In this document: piece after piece, positions 27,316 through 39,000 of the stretch
Position numbering within the stretch: position 1 is the first letter of the stretch
Layout of the letters: each line of letters starts with the position of its first letter
Source: the human T2T-CHM13v2.0 reference genome, Homo sapiens
Assembly: GCA_009914755.4 (NCBI GenBank)
Contig: CP068257.2
Coordinates: forward strand, 288,001 to 352,000
Length of the DNA stretch: 64,000 nt
Direction: 5' to 3'
The notes under the pieces: model-generated
Seen by the model: the letters and a program-made list of their open reading frames with translations, nothing else
Told to the model about the DNA's origin: nothing
Database searches by the model: none
Program-made: the position numbers and the translations under genes

Positions 27316-27680
27316 GCTGAGTACTGCTGGGAGATGTCAGGGGAAATGCATGTTATCGAGGAGCCTGTGGACAGCTGGGGTGGCCCAGTCGTGTTCAATG
27401 GCCCACTCAAAAGTGGACAAAGCAGGTGTTTTGATGGACCTGGGAGATCTTGCTCAGAGATTCTGACAGGACAAAGGTAAAGGAAGGGCCAGAGTGGTCG
27501 GAGAGATAGTCACAGTCTATGGTCTGCACAGGATGGAGGAGGCCAGGGAACAGGCAGGGTGGGCAGCTGGGTTTCAGGGAGAGGCAGGTGCATGCTGGGA
27601 GGTCAGACCCTATGAGGGCTGTGGGGGCGTCAGGTGGTGTGGGCTCCAGGTGCACCCTCAGTGCACTGGGCAGGTCTTGG
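27316..27680. repeat. Duplicated unique block B, copy 1; paralog at 42216-42550
   Basis: Runs from atgcatgttatcgaggagcctgtggacagctggggtggcccagtcgtgttcaatggcccactcaaaagtggacaaagcaggtgtttt to ggtgtgggctccaggtgcac. It matches 42240-42550 closely. Confidence 0.75.
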
Positions 27681-27725
27681 CCCAGGCTCCCTGGACCTTG
27701 GCCGGGTGATGTGGTCACTTGCTGG
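27508..27725 (+). repeat. Left arm of an inverted repeat; partner at 28280-28505
   Basis: ggatggaggaggccagggaacaggcagggtgggcagctgggtttcagggagaggcaggtgcatgctgggaggtcagaccctatgagggctgtgggggcgtcaggtggtgtgggctccaggtgcaccctcagtgcac is the reverse complement of 28340-28470. Also, ccgggtgatgtggtcac at about 27705 pairs with gtgaccacatcacccagccgg at about 28290. Confidence 0.8.
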
Positions 27726-28279
27726 GAGACTGTTGTCAGGTGCTGGCCACCCACCCTGGGTAGCACTGTCCCATCTCAGGACTGGACTTCCTCAGATACT
27801 GCAGAGGGCACAGCCTCCAGCCCAGGAGGGGCAGCCCCTTTGTGCAGCCTGAGCTCTCCATGGGCCTGGAGCATCCCCTGCCAGCCCTGCACTCCCTCTT
27901 CTCCCAGTTCCCGCTTTTCCAGGGTCAGCCAGTGGGGAGGTCCCGTCCTCCCTTCCCTATGTGTCTCCTGGGCTGAAACTTGCAGTGCACTGGGACAGGG
28001 ATGAGGCTTCCCTAAGGCCCATTTAGGGAGAGGACTGGCTCCCAGCCTGGCACAGGTCCTCAGCTCTGCCTTGGTAGCCTTAGAATGAGATGGATCAGTC
28101 AGTGCCCTGAAGGTAAAGGTAGAAGACTGTCCCTGCTGTTGGGAGGCTGGTCTAGGGATGGAGGACTTCACAGGTCCTCCCAGTCTGTCAGGCCTGGGCA
28201 GCACTGTCCTGTTTTAGGACTCAGAAAGTCCAGTTCTGGGATGGGATGGTGCTGCCCAGGGAGGGTGGCTAGGGTCTGA

Positions 28280-28505
28280 CAGCATTCCCCCAGGGAGTGA
28301 CCACATCACCCAGCCGGGGTCCAGGAAGCCTGGCCTGAGACCTGCCCTGTGCACTGAGGGTGCACCTGGAGCCCACTCCACCTGATGCCCCCACAGCCCT
28401 CACAGGTCCTGACCTCCCAGCATGCACCTGCCTCTCCCTGAACTCCAGCTGTCCACCCTGCCTGTTCCCTCACGTCCTCCATCCTGTCCAGCAGGATGGG
28501 ATGGG
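28280..28505 (-). repeat. Right arm of the inverted repeat; spacer about 550 bp
   Basis: ORF 28306-28527 (-) encodes ...EDVREQAGWTAGVQGEAGACWEVRTCEGCGGIRWSGLQVHPQCTGQV. This is nearly identical to ORF 27494-27709 (+), which encodes ...EEAREQAGWAAGFQGEAGACWEVRPYEGCGGVRWCGLQVHPQCTGQV. Confidence 0.8.
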
Positions 28506-29439
28506 CAGGGGGACAGCCTGTGTGCACATTTCATGGCAAGCAGGAGTGACACACCATCCCTGGGAGGCGCCTTGGTTCCTCCAAAACCCGGCCCCAGAAC
28601 TCTGTCCTTGGGGTGGTTTTACCAAACCCCAAACCCAGAACTGTGGTTGTGGCTCAGGGGTCAGCACCCGCTAGTTCTACAACGTCGCCAAGGACTTTGA
28701 CTGTACATTGTTCTTCTTTCCAATAGTCATTCCAAATATTGTGAGATGCATTGTTTCAGGAAGCCCCTTGCCCTCCTAAAAGCCACCCTACTTCTCTCTA
28801 AGGAGAATGGCCCAGTCCTCTCCCGAGTTCACACAGGTTAGGTGATAGCATTGCTTTTGTGTAAATTACGTAATGCAAAATTTTTTAAATCTTTGCCTTA
28901 ATACTTTTAAATTTTGTTTTATTTTGAATGACTAGCCTTCATGGCCCCCCTTTTTTGTACCCCAACTTGGAGTGTATGAAGGGTTTTGGTCTCCCTGAGA
29001 GTGGCTCGAGGCAGCCAGCGCTTACCTGTACTCTGACTTGAGAAAAGTTGGATAAAAGTGCACACCTTAAAAAAAATTGAATGACGAAGCACTAACAAAA
29101 ACAGTATTCCAGTACAGTGGACAGCTTAGCATTTTGACAATTGGGAATAAAATGCTCATTTCTGAACTGTACAATGTAAGACACAAAAATGAAACACTGG
29201 AAATGGAAATTCAATTATGTCATTATAGACTGGCTACTGCTCTACATGACTGTGACCAAAGTCAGATAGTTGAAAGAGATTTCTTTCCAGAGAACAAGAC
29301 ATGAACAGGTTTATTTACAGAAAACAATGAATTCTCATATATCTAACCTAAAATATAGCAGATTCTTTCCGAATAGGTCTAACATAGACAGTAAAGTTAA
29401 CAGGCTAAAAATTAAGCTCCATCAAAGAAGATGAACTCT

Positions 29440-30480
29440 GAGAGAACAGATGGCGCAGGCCGCCATCTTTCCTGTTCAGGCAACTTAGTCATTCCAGCCT
29501 GAGGGCTTTGGAGAGTATAAACCAACAAGGGGCAGAAGAGATCCCACAGCACAGTATAGCTGCTTTACCAAATCATGGCCAGACTGCTTCTGTAAGCAGG
29601 CCCCTGACCCTGTTGCACGTCACTGGACAGGACCTCCCAACTGGGGCCTCCAGCTACCGCCACCAGCATTCCTTGGCCAATGGAAATTTGAAGTGTTCCT
29701 GGGACAGAGCTCCCAGAGAGAGGGGCAGGCCACCACCTTTGCTGTTTGGGTGACTAGCCGTTCTGGTCTGCGGGCTTTGGAAAGCCCAAGGTGACAAGGG
29801 GTGGAAAAGGAACCTCAGCACAGCACAGCCACACTACAAAAACGTGGCCGGACACTTGTTTAAGTCAGTCCCCGACCACATTTCTAATCAGCAGGTGAAG
29901 CCTTTCAACCAGGGTCTCCAGTTACCTTCACTGCTGTTCTCTGGCCGACAGAGGTTTCAGGCCTCCCTGAGTCAGAGCTCCCAGGGGGAGGACCAGACTG
30001 TTGTCTTTGCTGTTGGGGCAACTCAGCCATTTCAGCCTTAGGGCTTCAGAGTGTCTGAGGCGACCAGGAGTGGAAGTGAACACCCAGCATAGCACAGCTG
30101 CTCTAGAAAAATGTGGCCAGACTTTTTTTTAAGCCAGTCCCTGTTTTTGATCCTCCTGACTAGATAAGACTTCTCAACTTGTCTCCAGTCACATCTTATA
30201 GGTTTGTTCATATTGCAACAAGTTCATACCTCAGTGGCACAGAGCTCCCAGAGGAAGGGACAGGCTATCATCTTCCCTGGAAAATACAAGGCAATTAGGG
30301 ACTGGAGGGGATCCCCAGCATACCACAGCAGCCTGACAGAAAAGTGGCCAGACAGTGTACTTGATGGGCAGGTCCTACTGACCTGGGTCTCCAGCCAGTC
30401 CACCATCGGAGCTATCCAGCCAGTAGCAACTCAGCAATTCCCTGGACAGAGCTTCCAGAGCAAATGAAATTCTCTCTGCC
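29440..30480 (+). repeat. About 4 tandem subrepeats of about 270 bp within the L1 5'UTR
   Basis: Repeated landmarks of the form cagcacagcacagc...aaaaacgtggccggacac / acagctgctctagaaaaatgtggccagact / cagcagcctgacagaaaagtggccagacag occur at about 29560, 29830, 30100 and 30330. Confidence 0.6.
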
Positions 30481-32169
30481 ACTGCCTCTGCAGTGGAACT
30501 GCCCTTGCTACCCTCAGAATATCAAGGGAGCAAAGACCCTAAGTGCCATATCGACACCTCCAATAAGCTGCGACTGACCCAATGAATAAGCCAGTCCATC
30601 TCCCACGGGTACCACACACCCCCCACTGCTCATCACCAGAGAGGGAACACTGGCTTGGCCTCACAACACAGACCCTCCATCCTGGGCTGATTACGCTAAG
30701 TGATTGCTAACTCACATCTCTATGGGATGGATCACCCAGGAGACAAGCGGAGTGGTGGAGCAGCAAGTCAGGTGATGTGGAGCCCAGAGGGCAGGGACAG
30801 CTATCTCTCTAGGCTCCACGTGCCCTTGTGAGACACTTTATCTCAGCACTTTAAGAATGCTAAGTTCAGATCAGCCCCATCTCATGTTCAAGATTGCCCA
30901 GCAGAGATCAGGTCCCAGAGTTCCCCTCCTCAAAAAGGGGACTTGCTTAAAAAAGAAGCCTGGCCATGTTTGTGTAAAGCAGCTATGCTGTGCCGGGGGT
31001 TCACTTTTGAGAGAGTTCTCCTCTGAGACCTGATCTCTGCTAGGCAGTCTTGCACATGAGATGGGGCTGGTCTGATCTCAGCACTCCTTAGTCTGCTTGC
31101 CTCTCCCAGGATGCCTGCACATTACCTCTCCATACTGCAGCCCTTTATATGGAAACTTCCTACATCACTTTGCTGTGTGTGTTTACACATGTGGGTTTTG
31201 CTGTACTTGCCCTGACAGCACACGGGAGTGCAGGCCACACCCCAACCCACACCAACTGCCACTGAAGACAGAGCCTTGGTGGGCACAGAACCAAGAACCC
31301 CACCCCTGCCAGCACCTAACCCTTGAGCTAATGCTGTGCAGAGAAAAAGGGACCTTCTTATACCCTGAGTGACCCCTGTTGCTTTGAGGGGCACAGAGAA
31401 GGCACCATGGCCTGCACTGGCCAGCAGCCCACCCTGAACCAACACTACCTCCAGTGCAACACACACACAGCAGGGGACCCCTGGCCCACACCCCAGCTGT
31501 CTTGCCTCCACCACTGGGTGAACGCCCTCAGGGAGGCAGGGAATTTTGCATCCACTAGCATTCTGCCACAGTTGCCACACTTTGGTCCCCTCAGTGCAGT
31601 GGACTCCAAACCTCCAAGAGCCAGAGAACAAAGTTGGGGCCCAAGACAAGTTCCCCAGATGTAAAGAACACAGTCCAGGAATTGGGAGCCGCACATTGGC
31701 CCCCCTAAAATCCTCCAAAAACAAAGCCAGTTAGTTGAATCCACTTTATCCCACAATGAAACTCTCAAGATCATCAAATACAATAAAAGAAAAATACCCT
31801 GTCCGAAGGTCAGCAACCTCAAAGATGGAAGGTGGATAAGCCCATAAAGATGAGAAAGAATCTGTGTGAGAACACTGAAAACTCAAAAAGTCAGAATGCC
31901 TTCTTTCCTCCAAATGACTGTATCAACTCTCCAGCAAGTGTTCAGAACTTGGCTGAGGCTGAGATGTCTGGAATGATACAAGCAGGGTTCAGGATATGCG
32001 TAGGAACAAAGTTCACTGAGTGAAAGAAGTATGTTGTCATACAATACAAGTGAGCTAAAAATCATTGTAAAACATTGCAGGAGCTAACAGACAAAATAGC
32101 AAGTATAAAGAAGACATAACCGACCTAATAGAGCTGAAAAGCACACTACAAGAATTTTCATAATGCAGT

Positions 32170-32290
32170 CACATGGTGATTATGTGTGACTGGATTATGA
32201 AAATTATTGTAGTGTGTGTGGGCACCCGAGATTGCCCTGTAAGCAGGTGTGGCCAGACTGGGGTCCTGGGAGAGGCAAGCAGACTAAGGA
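32170..32290 (-). other. Inverted roughly 120 bp fragment of L1 5'UTR sequence inside the L1 body
   Basis: 32262-32330 (ggtcctgggagaggcaagcagactaaggagcgctgaggtcacaccagttccatctcatgtgcaag) is the reverse complement of 31040-31110. Confidence 0.6.
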
Positions 32291-34094
32291 GCGCTGAGGT
32301 CACACCAGTTCCATCTCATGTGCAAGACCACCCAGCAGAATAGACCAAGCAGAGGAAAGAATCCCAGAGCTTGAAAACTGGCTTTCTGAAATAAAACAGG
32401 CAGATAAGAATGGGGGAAAAAAGAAGGAAAATGAATGAACAAAACATCCAAGAAATATGAGATTATATAAACGACCAAATCTATGACTGATTAGTGTACG
32501 TGAAAGAGATGAGGAGAATGGAGCCAACTTGGAAAACATACTTCAGAATATCATTCATGAGAATATCCCCAACCTATCCAGACAGACCAACATTCCAATT
32601 CAGGAAATCCAGAGAATCTCAGTAATTTAAGCCACGAGAAGATCATCCCCAAGACATATAATCATCAGATTCTCCAAGGTCAAAATGAAAGAAACAATGT
32701 TAAAGGCAGCTAGGGAGAAAGGCAATGTCACCTGCAAAGGGAATTCCATCAGACTTAGCAGACTTCTCAGCTGAAACCCTACAAGCCAGAAAAGATATTC
32801 AACTTCTTAAAGAAAAGAAATTTCACGTAGTATGGCAGAGATAGATATACCATATAATAACATGGTGTTATTATAAATGGTTTAAAAAAAAAAGAAAAGA
32901 AATTTCAACCCAGAATTTCATGTCCAGCAAAATTAAGCATCATAAGTGAAGGAGAAACAAGATCCTTTTCAGACAAGCAAGTGCTGAGAGAATTCATTAT
33001 CACCAGATCTACCTTACAGGAGCTCCTGAATGAAGCACTAAATATGGAAAGAAAAGACCATCACCAGCCACTACAAAAATGCACCGAAGTAGACAGACCA
33101 GGAATGCTAAAAACCAACCACATACACAAGTCTGCAAACTAACTAGCTGACAGCATGATGACAGGATCTAATCCACACATACCATTACTAACCTTAAATG
33201 GAAATGGGCTAAATGCTCCGATTGAAAGACACAGGGGGGCAAGCTGGATAAAGAACCAAGACCCATTTGACTATGCCGTCTCCAAGAAACCCATCTCACA
33301 TGCAGTGCCATACATAGGCTCAAAATGAAGGAATGGTGAAAAATCTTTCAAGCAAATGGAAAACAGAAGAAATCAGGTGTTGCACTCCTATTTTCGACAA
33401 AACGTATATAACAATAAAGATAAAAAAAAGACAGAGAAAGACATTAAAAAGGTGGTCCTGACCTTTGATAAATCTCATTATTGATTGATACCAACCTGGG
33501 CTATCTTTATTGCCCAAACCAACAGGATAATTTGCTGAGGTTGTGGAGCTTCTCCCCTGCAAAGAGTCCCTGATCTCCCAAAATCTGGTTGACATCTAAG
33601 TTTGATTTTGCTGTACAACTCCTTTTTTGAAGTTTTACTCATTTCCAACAAGGAAGGCAAGTTTTCCTGCTTCTTTGATGATGGAGAGCAAGCATCTCCT
33701 TTCCTGAGTTTCAGCTTGCTTCTGACAGGGAAGGTGAGTGTAAGTTGTTTCCAGCTTCTAAGATGGCAGAGAACGATCACCAACCTGAGCCTTGTTTCCA
33801 GGTAAGTAGCTGAATTAGAGTTTTGTTTTAAAATTTTTCCTTAATGACTAAAATTTAAGATTACTCACCAGCTGCTTTTAATTTCTGCTTTTAGTTTCTC
33901 CTTACCATTAGAACACTCAGTAATCATATGAATTGTGCATTTGTTGTTTTGCTTAACTCTTTTTGTTTGTTTATGCTTGGGGCTTTATTGTTGTTGTTTC
34001 ACTTTTCTCCTGTCTCTTCCTGACTTGGTCAAATCCAAAGGAATTTTCCAAATTGTGGGGAGCAAGGCCTCTGAATTGGCTAAAACTCCTATGG

Positions 34095-34135
34095 CTGCAA
34101 ACAAACAAACAAACAAACAAATAAACAACAACAAA
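34095..34135. repeat. (CAAA)n simple repeat
   Basis: gcaaacaaacaaacaaacaaacaaataaacaacaacaaaaaac. Confidence 0.8.
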
Positions 34136-34429
34136 AAACTTTCCAGTTAGCAGAAATTATTTTTTAAAACTTTTTTTTTTACATAAGTGGTCTCATCTAC
34201 ATAACAAGGCCACCGTTTTGCTAGCCAAGGCCAAACTGAAGGAGTAGTGGTGGTGACCCAATGTGAAGATTCTGCCCTGTTCACTACAGAATCCTGAGTT
34301 TGGTTCCTAAGTCTAGTTCTTTCTGTTTGATATTTGTGTTACTTTTAAAGCGTCAGCATTTTGTCCCAGTTACGATGTGGTAATAAAAGATTCAAAAGGA
34401 TTTTCTTTACAAGTTCTATGATTAAAAGC

Positions 34430-36062
34430 TTAACTAAAAGCAAATTTCTTTTTTTTCTTAATTATACTTTAAGTTCTGGGGTACATGTGCAGAACATGCA
34501 GGTTTGTTACATAGGTATACACATGCCATGGTGGCTTGCTGCATCCATCAACCCATGATCTACATTAGTTATTTCTCCTAATGCCATCCCTCTCCTAGCC
34601 CCCCACCCTGACAGGCCCTGGTGTGTGATGTTCCCCTTCCTGTGTCCATGTGTTCCCATTGTTCAACTCCCAGTTATGAGTGAGAACATGTGGTGTTTGG
34701 TTTTCTGTTCTTCTGTTAGTTTGCTGAAAATGATGGTTTCCAGCTTCATTCATGTCCCAGCAAATGACATGAATTCATCCCTTTTTATGGCTGCATAGTA
34801 TTCCATGGTGTATATATGCCACATTTTCTTTATCCAGTCTATCATTGGTGGGCATTTGGGTTGGTTCTAAGTCTTTGCTGTTGTGAACAGTGCCGCAATA
34901 AACAGACAGGTGCATGTGTCTTTATATTAGAATGATTTATAATTTTGGGGGTATATACCCTGTAATGGGATTGCTGGGTCAAATGATATTTCTGGTTGTA
35001 GATCCTTGAGGAATTGACACATTGTCTTTCACAATGGTTGAAATAATTTATATTCCCACCAACTGTGTAAAAGCTTTCCTATTTCTCCACATCCTCTCTA
35101 GCATTTGTTCTTTCCTGATTTTTTAACGATGACCATTCTAAGTGGTGTGAGATTGTATCTCATTGTGGTTTTGATTTCCATATCTCTAATGACCAATGAT
35201 GATGTGCTTTGCTTCACATGTTCGTTGGTTATATAAATGTCTTCTTTGGTAAGTGTCTGTTCATATCCTTTGCTCACTTTTTGATGGGGTTTTTTTTCTT
35301 GTAAATTTGTTCTTTGTAGATTCTGCATATTAGCCCTTTGTCAGATGGATAGATTGCAACAATGTTCTCCCATTCTGTGGGTTGCCTGTTCACTCTGATA
35401 ATAGTTTCTTTTGCGCTGCAGATACTCTTAAGTTTAGTTAGATCCCATTTGTAAATTTTGGTTTTTGTAGCCATTGCTTTTGGTGTTCTAGTGATGAAGT
35501 ATCTGCCCATGGCTATGTCCTGAATGGTATTGCCTAACACAAGGACATTTCTGTGCCTGAGTGCTATACCACCCAAAGTAATTTGTAGACTCATTGCTAT
35601 CCCCATCAAGCTACCATTACTTTCTTCACAGAATTAGAAAAACTACTTTAAATTTCATATGGAAGCAAAAAAGAGCCCACATAGCCAAGACAATCCTAAG
35701 CAAAAACAACAAAGCTAGAGGCATCACAGTACCTGACTTCAAATTATTCTACAAGGCTACAGTAACCAAAACAGCATGGGGCTGGTACCAAATCAGATCT
35801 ATACACCAATGGAACAGAACAGAGGCCTCAGAAATGACACCACACATCTAAAAACATCTGATCTTTGACAAACCTGACAAAAACAAGCAATGGGTAAAGG
35901 ATACCCTATTTAATAAATGATGTTGGGAAAACTGGCTAGCCAAATGCAGAAAACTGAAACTGGGCCACACCCATACACCTCAAACAAAAATTAAGTAAGA
36001 TGGATGAAAGAGTTAGAAGTAAGACCTAAAACCATAAAAAATCTAGAAGAAAACCGACGCCA
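34430..36062 (-). mobile_element. LINE-1 insertion on the minus strand with a 5' inversion (twin-priming structure). 34430-35565 is antisense 3' end. 35560-36062 is sense ORF2 interior.
   Basis: A poly-T run and antisense 3' end (ctttaagttctggggtacatgtgcagaacatgcaggtttgttacataggtatac...) run through ...cctgaatggtattgcctaac. This is followed directly by sense ORF2 reading [82 protein letters not shown]...KTIKNLEEN. The two segments are adjacent in L1 coordinates. Confidence 0.65.
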
Positions 36063-36064
36063 CC

Positions 36065-39000
36065 AACCTCAGGGGAAATGTACCTGTAGTGAAATGCATG
36101 GTACAAACAAGCATTCCCTGCTTCCTTGAGTGGGCGACGTTGATGGCTAGTCCAACCACTTCAGGCACACCCTTGCAAACACGGCTGGTTTCTCTTTGAG
36201 CCAGCTTGGCCTTGCCTGGCATACACAAGCCTCAATGCAACAACTGTGCTAAAAATGGAGCCACACAGAGGAAATGAGCAGCAAGCTCAGAAGCAGGATG
36301 TGCACTGCCTTTGGGGCTCCAGTCCATGCCTCAGGGCTTGTATGGGACTGCAGGATTCTTGGTTGCCAAGAGGTAGACCATAGACCAGCTGAGGAGGACT
36401 TTATGTTCAAGGGCAGAAAGCAGCCAGGATTACCACCCAGGGGACTCGGCCTTCTGTGGCCCCGGCCAGACTTAGAATTTGGCTCAGGGCAGGACCAGCT
36501 CACTCGGAGCAGTGTGTCAGTAGCTGGGGCCTGTACATGCTAGGCAAGGCTAAGCTGGCTCAAAGAGCAACCAGCCACCACTGCAAGGGTGTTCCTGGAT
36601 GAGGTGGAGCAGCCAGAAACTTCAGCTATACAAGGAAGCAGGGATGGCCATGTTCCCACAGCATGAGTGGCCACCGCTTGATGGCTGATCAAGCAGAGGC
36701 CTGAGGAAAAGCAGATGGAACTTGGGCCCTACCTCTAGGGTAGAAGAACTGATGAACCCTGACCGGTAGCAAGTGAGGTTGGTGGTGGGTCCACCGGCTC
36801 CTGGCACACCCTTGCAGAGGAGGCTGTTTGCTCTTTAAGCCAGCTTGGCCTTGCCTGGCATGCACAGGCCCCAGGTACAGACACGCCGCTCCCAGTGAGC
36901 TTGTTCTGCCTTGGACCAAATTCTAAGTGGCTTAGAATTTGCCCAGCATGCACAAGCCTCAGTGTAATAACTGTGCAACAAATGGAGCCACATAGACGAA
37001 AACGAGCAGCAGGCTCAGAAGCAGGGTGTGCCCTGCCTTTGGGGCTCCAGTCGATGCCTCAGGGCTCCTATGGCACTGCGGGTTTCTTGGTTGCCTAGCT
37101 GCAGACCACAGGCTGTATTGAGGAGGACTTTATGTTCAAGTGCAGAAAGTAGTCAGGATTACCATCCAGGGGACTCTGCCTTCTGTGGTCCTCTCCAGAC
37201 TTAGAATTTGGCCCAAGGCAGGACAAGCTGACTCGGAGCAGAGTGTCAGTACCTGGGGCCTATGCATGCCAGGCAAGGCCAAGCTGGCTCAGAGCAACCA
37301 GCCACCTCTGCAAGGCTGTGCCTGTAGCAGGCGGACAAGCCAGCAACCTCACCCACTCAAGGAAGCCCAGATGGCCAGGTTCCAACAGCATGAGTAGCTG
37401 CCACCTGATGGCTGATGGAGCAGAGTCCTGAGGAAAAGCAGATGGCACTGGGGCCCTAACTCTCGGGCAGAAGAACTGATGTACCGTTACTGGCAGCATG
37501 TGAGGTTGGTGATTGGCCCACCTGTTCCTGGCATACCCTTGCAGAGGTGGCTGGTTGCTCTTTGAGCCAGCTTGGCCTTGCCTGGCATGCACAAGCCTCG
37601 GTGCAACAACTGTGCCACAAATGCAGCCATATATAGGAAAGGAGCAGGAGGCTCAGGAGCAGGGTGTCCACTGCCTTTGGGGCTCCAGTCCATGCCTCAG
37701 GGCTCCTATGGCACTGCAGGTTTCTTTGTTGCCAAGAGGCAGACCAAAGGCCATCTTGAGGAAGATTTTATGTTCAAGTGCAGAAAGCAGCCAGGATTAC
37801 CACCCAGGGGACTCGGCCTTCTGTGGCTCTGGCCTCACAGAATTTGGCCCAAGGCAGGACAAGCTCACTCAGAGCAGTGTGTCAGCAGGTGAGGCCTGTG
37901 CATGCGAGGCAAGGCCAAGCTGGCTCAAAGAGCAAGCAGCCACCTCTGCAAGTGTGTGCCTGGAGCAGGTGGACCAGCCACCAACCTCACCCACTGAAGG
38001 AAGCCAGGATGGCCAGGTTTCCACAGCCTGAGTGGCTGCCTCCTGATGGCTGATGGAGCAGAGGCCTGAGGAAAAGAAGGTGGTATATTTAACTATTTAA
38101 TCCATCTTAAGTTAATTTTTGTATGAAGCAGATGGCACCAGTCCATGCCTCAGGGCTCATATGGCACTGTGGGCCACAGAAGGGCGAGTACCCAGGGTGG
38201 TAATCCTGCCTGCTTTCTGCACTTGAACATAAAGTCCTCCTCAAGACGACCTGTGGTCTGCCTCTTGGCCCCATCTTTAGGGTAGAAGAACTGATGTACC
38301 ACGTCTGGCAGTGAGTGAGGTTGGCGGCTGGTCCATCTGCTCCTGGCACACCCTTGCAGAGGTGGCTGCTTGCTCTTTGAGCCAGCTTGGCCTTGCCTGG
38401 CATGCACAAGCCTCACTGCAACAAATGTGCTACAAATGGAGCCATATAGAGGAAATGATCAGCAGGCTCAGGAACGGGGCATGCACTGCCTTTGTGGCTC
38501 CAGTCCATGCCTCAGGGCTCGTATGGCACTGTAGGCTTCTTGGTCGCCAAGAGGCAGACCACAGGCTTTCTTGAGGAGGACTTTATGTTCAAGTGCAGAA
38601 AGCAGCCAAGATTAGTACCCAGGGGACTGGGCCTTCTGTGGCCCTGGCCAGACTTATAATTTGACCCAAGGCAGGACAAGCTGACTCGGAGCAGAGTGTC
38701 AGTACCTGGGGCCTATGCATACCAGGCAAGGCCAAGCTGGCTCAGAGCAAATAGCCACATCTGCAAGGCTGTGCCTGTAGCCGGCGGACAAGCCAGCAAC
38801 CTCAGCTACTCAAGGAAGGAGGGATGGCCAGGTTCCCACTACCTGAGTGGTTGCCGCCTGATGACTGATAGAGCAGAGGCCTGAGGAAAAGCATATGGCA
38901 CTGGGGCCCTACCTCTAGGGTAGAAGAACTGATGTAACCTGACCAGCAGCGAGTGAGGTTGGTGGCCGGTCCACCGGCTCCTGGCACAACCTTGCAGAGG

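Larger units (their letters stand above)
29440..33440 (+). mobile_element. LINE-1, older L1PA/L1PB-like. Long 5'UTR, degenerate ORF1 (ATG at 31832), and start of ORF2. Truncated on the 3' side at about 33440.
   Basis: 5'UTR motifs include ggccagactgcttctgtaagcaggcccctgaccc. ORF1 reads MDKPIKMRKNLCENTENSKSQNAFFPPNDCINSPASVQNLAEAEM...KNHCKTLQELTDKIASI and contains stops. An ORF1 C-terminus/ORF2 start block is at 32290-33440 (caagccagaaaagatattcaacttcttaaagaaaagaaatttca...catcataagtgaaggagaaacaagatcc...ttaaatggaaatgggctaaatgctccgattgaaagacacag). Confidence 0.6.

Noticed and set aside
27519-28204. 161-aa and 142-aa ORFs in the GC-rich spacer of the inverted repeat; possible CpG-island promoter
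   Set aside because: The region is G+C rich but has very few CpG dinucleotides. The ORFs have no homology cues and overlap each other on both strands. Long ORFs are expected by chance in GC-rich DNA.
31122-31724. A 200-aa antisense ORF within the L1 5'UTR, considered as an L1 ORF0-like antisense gene
   Set aside because: Known ORF0 is short and specific to young L1PA 5'UTRs. This older UTR is a tandemly amplified variant, and the frame is most simply fortuitous. It is kept as a remark only.
33602-33805. A possible exon with a strong donor (ttccag|gtaagtag at about 33795) downstream of the truncated L1
   Set aside because: There is no convincing acceptor, the 67-aa ORF is low complexity, and there is no second exon to test the frame. 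It could be a noncoding first exon, but the sequence alone cannot support it.
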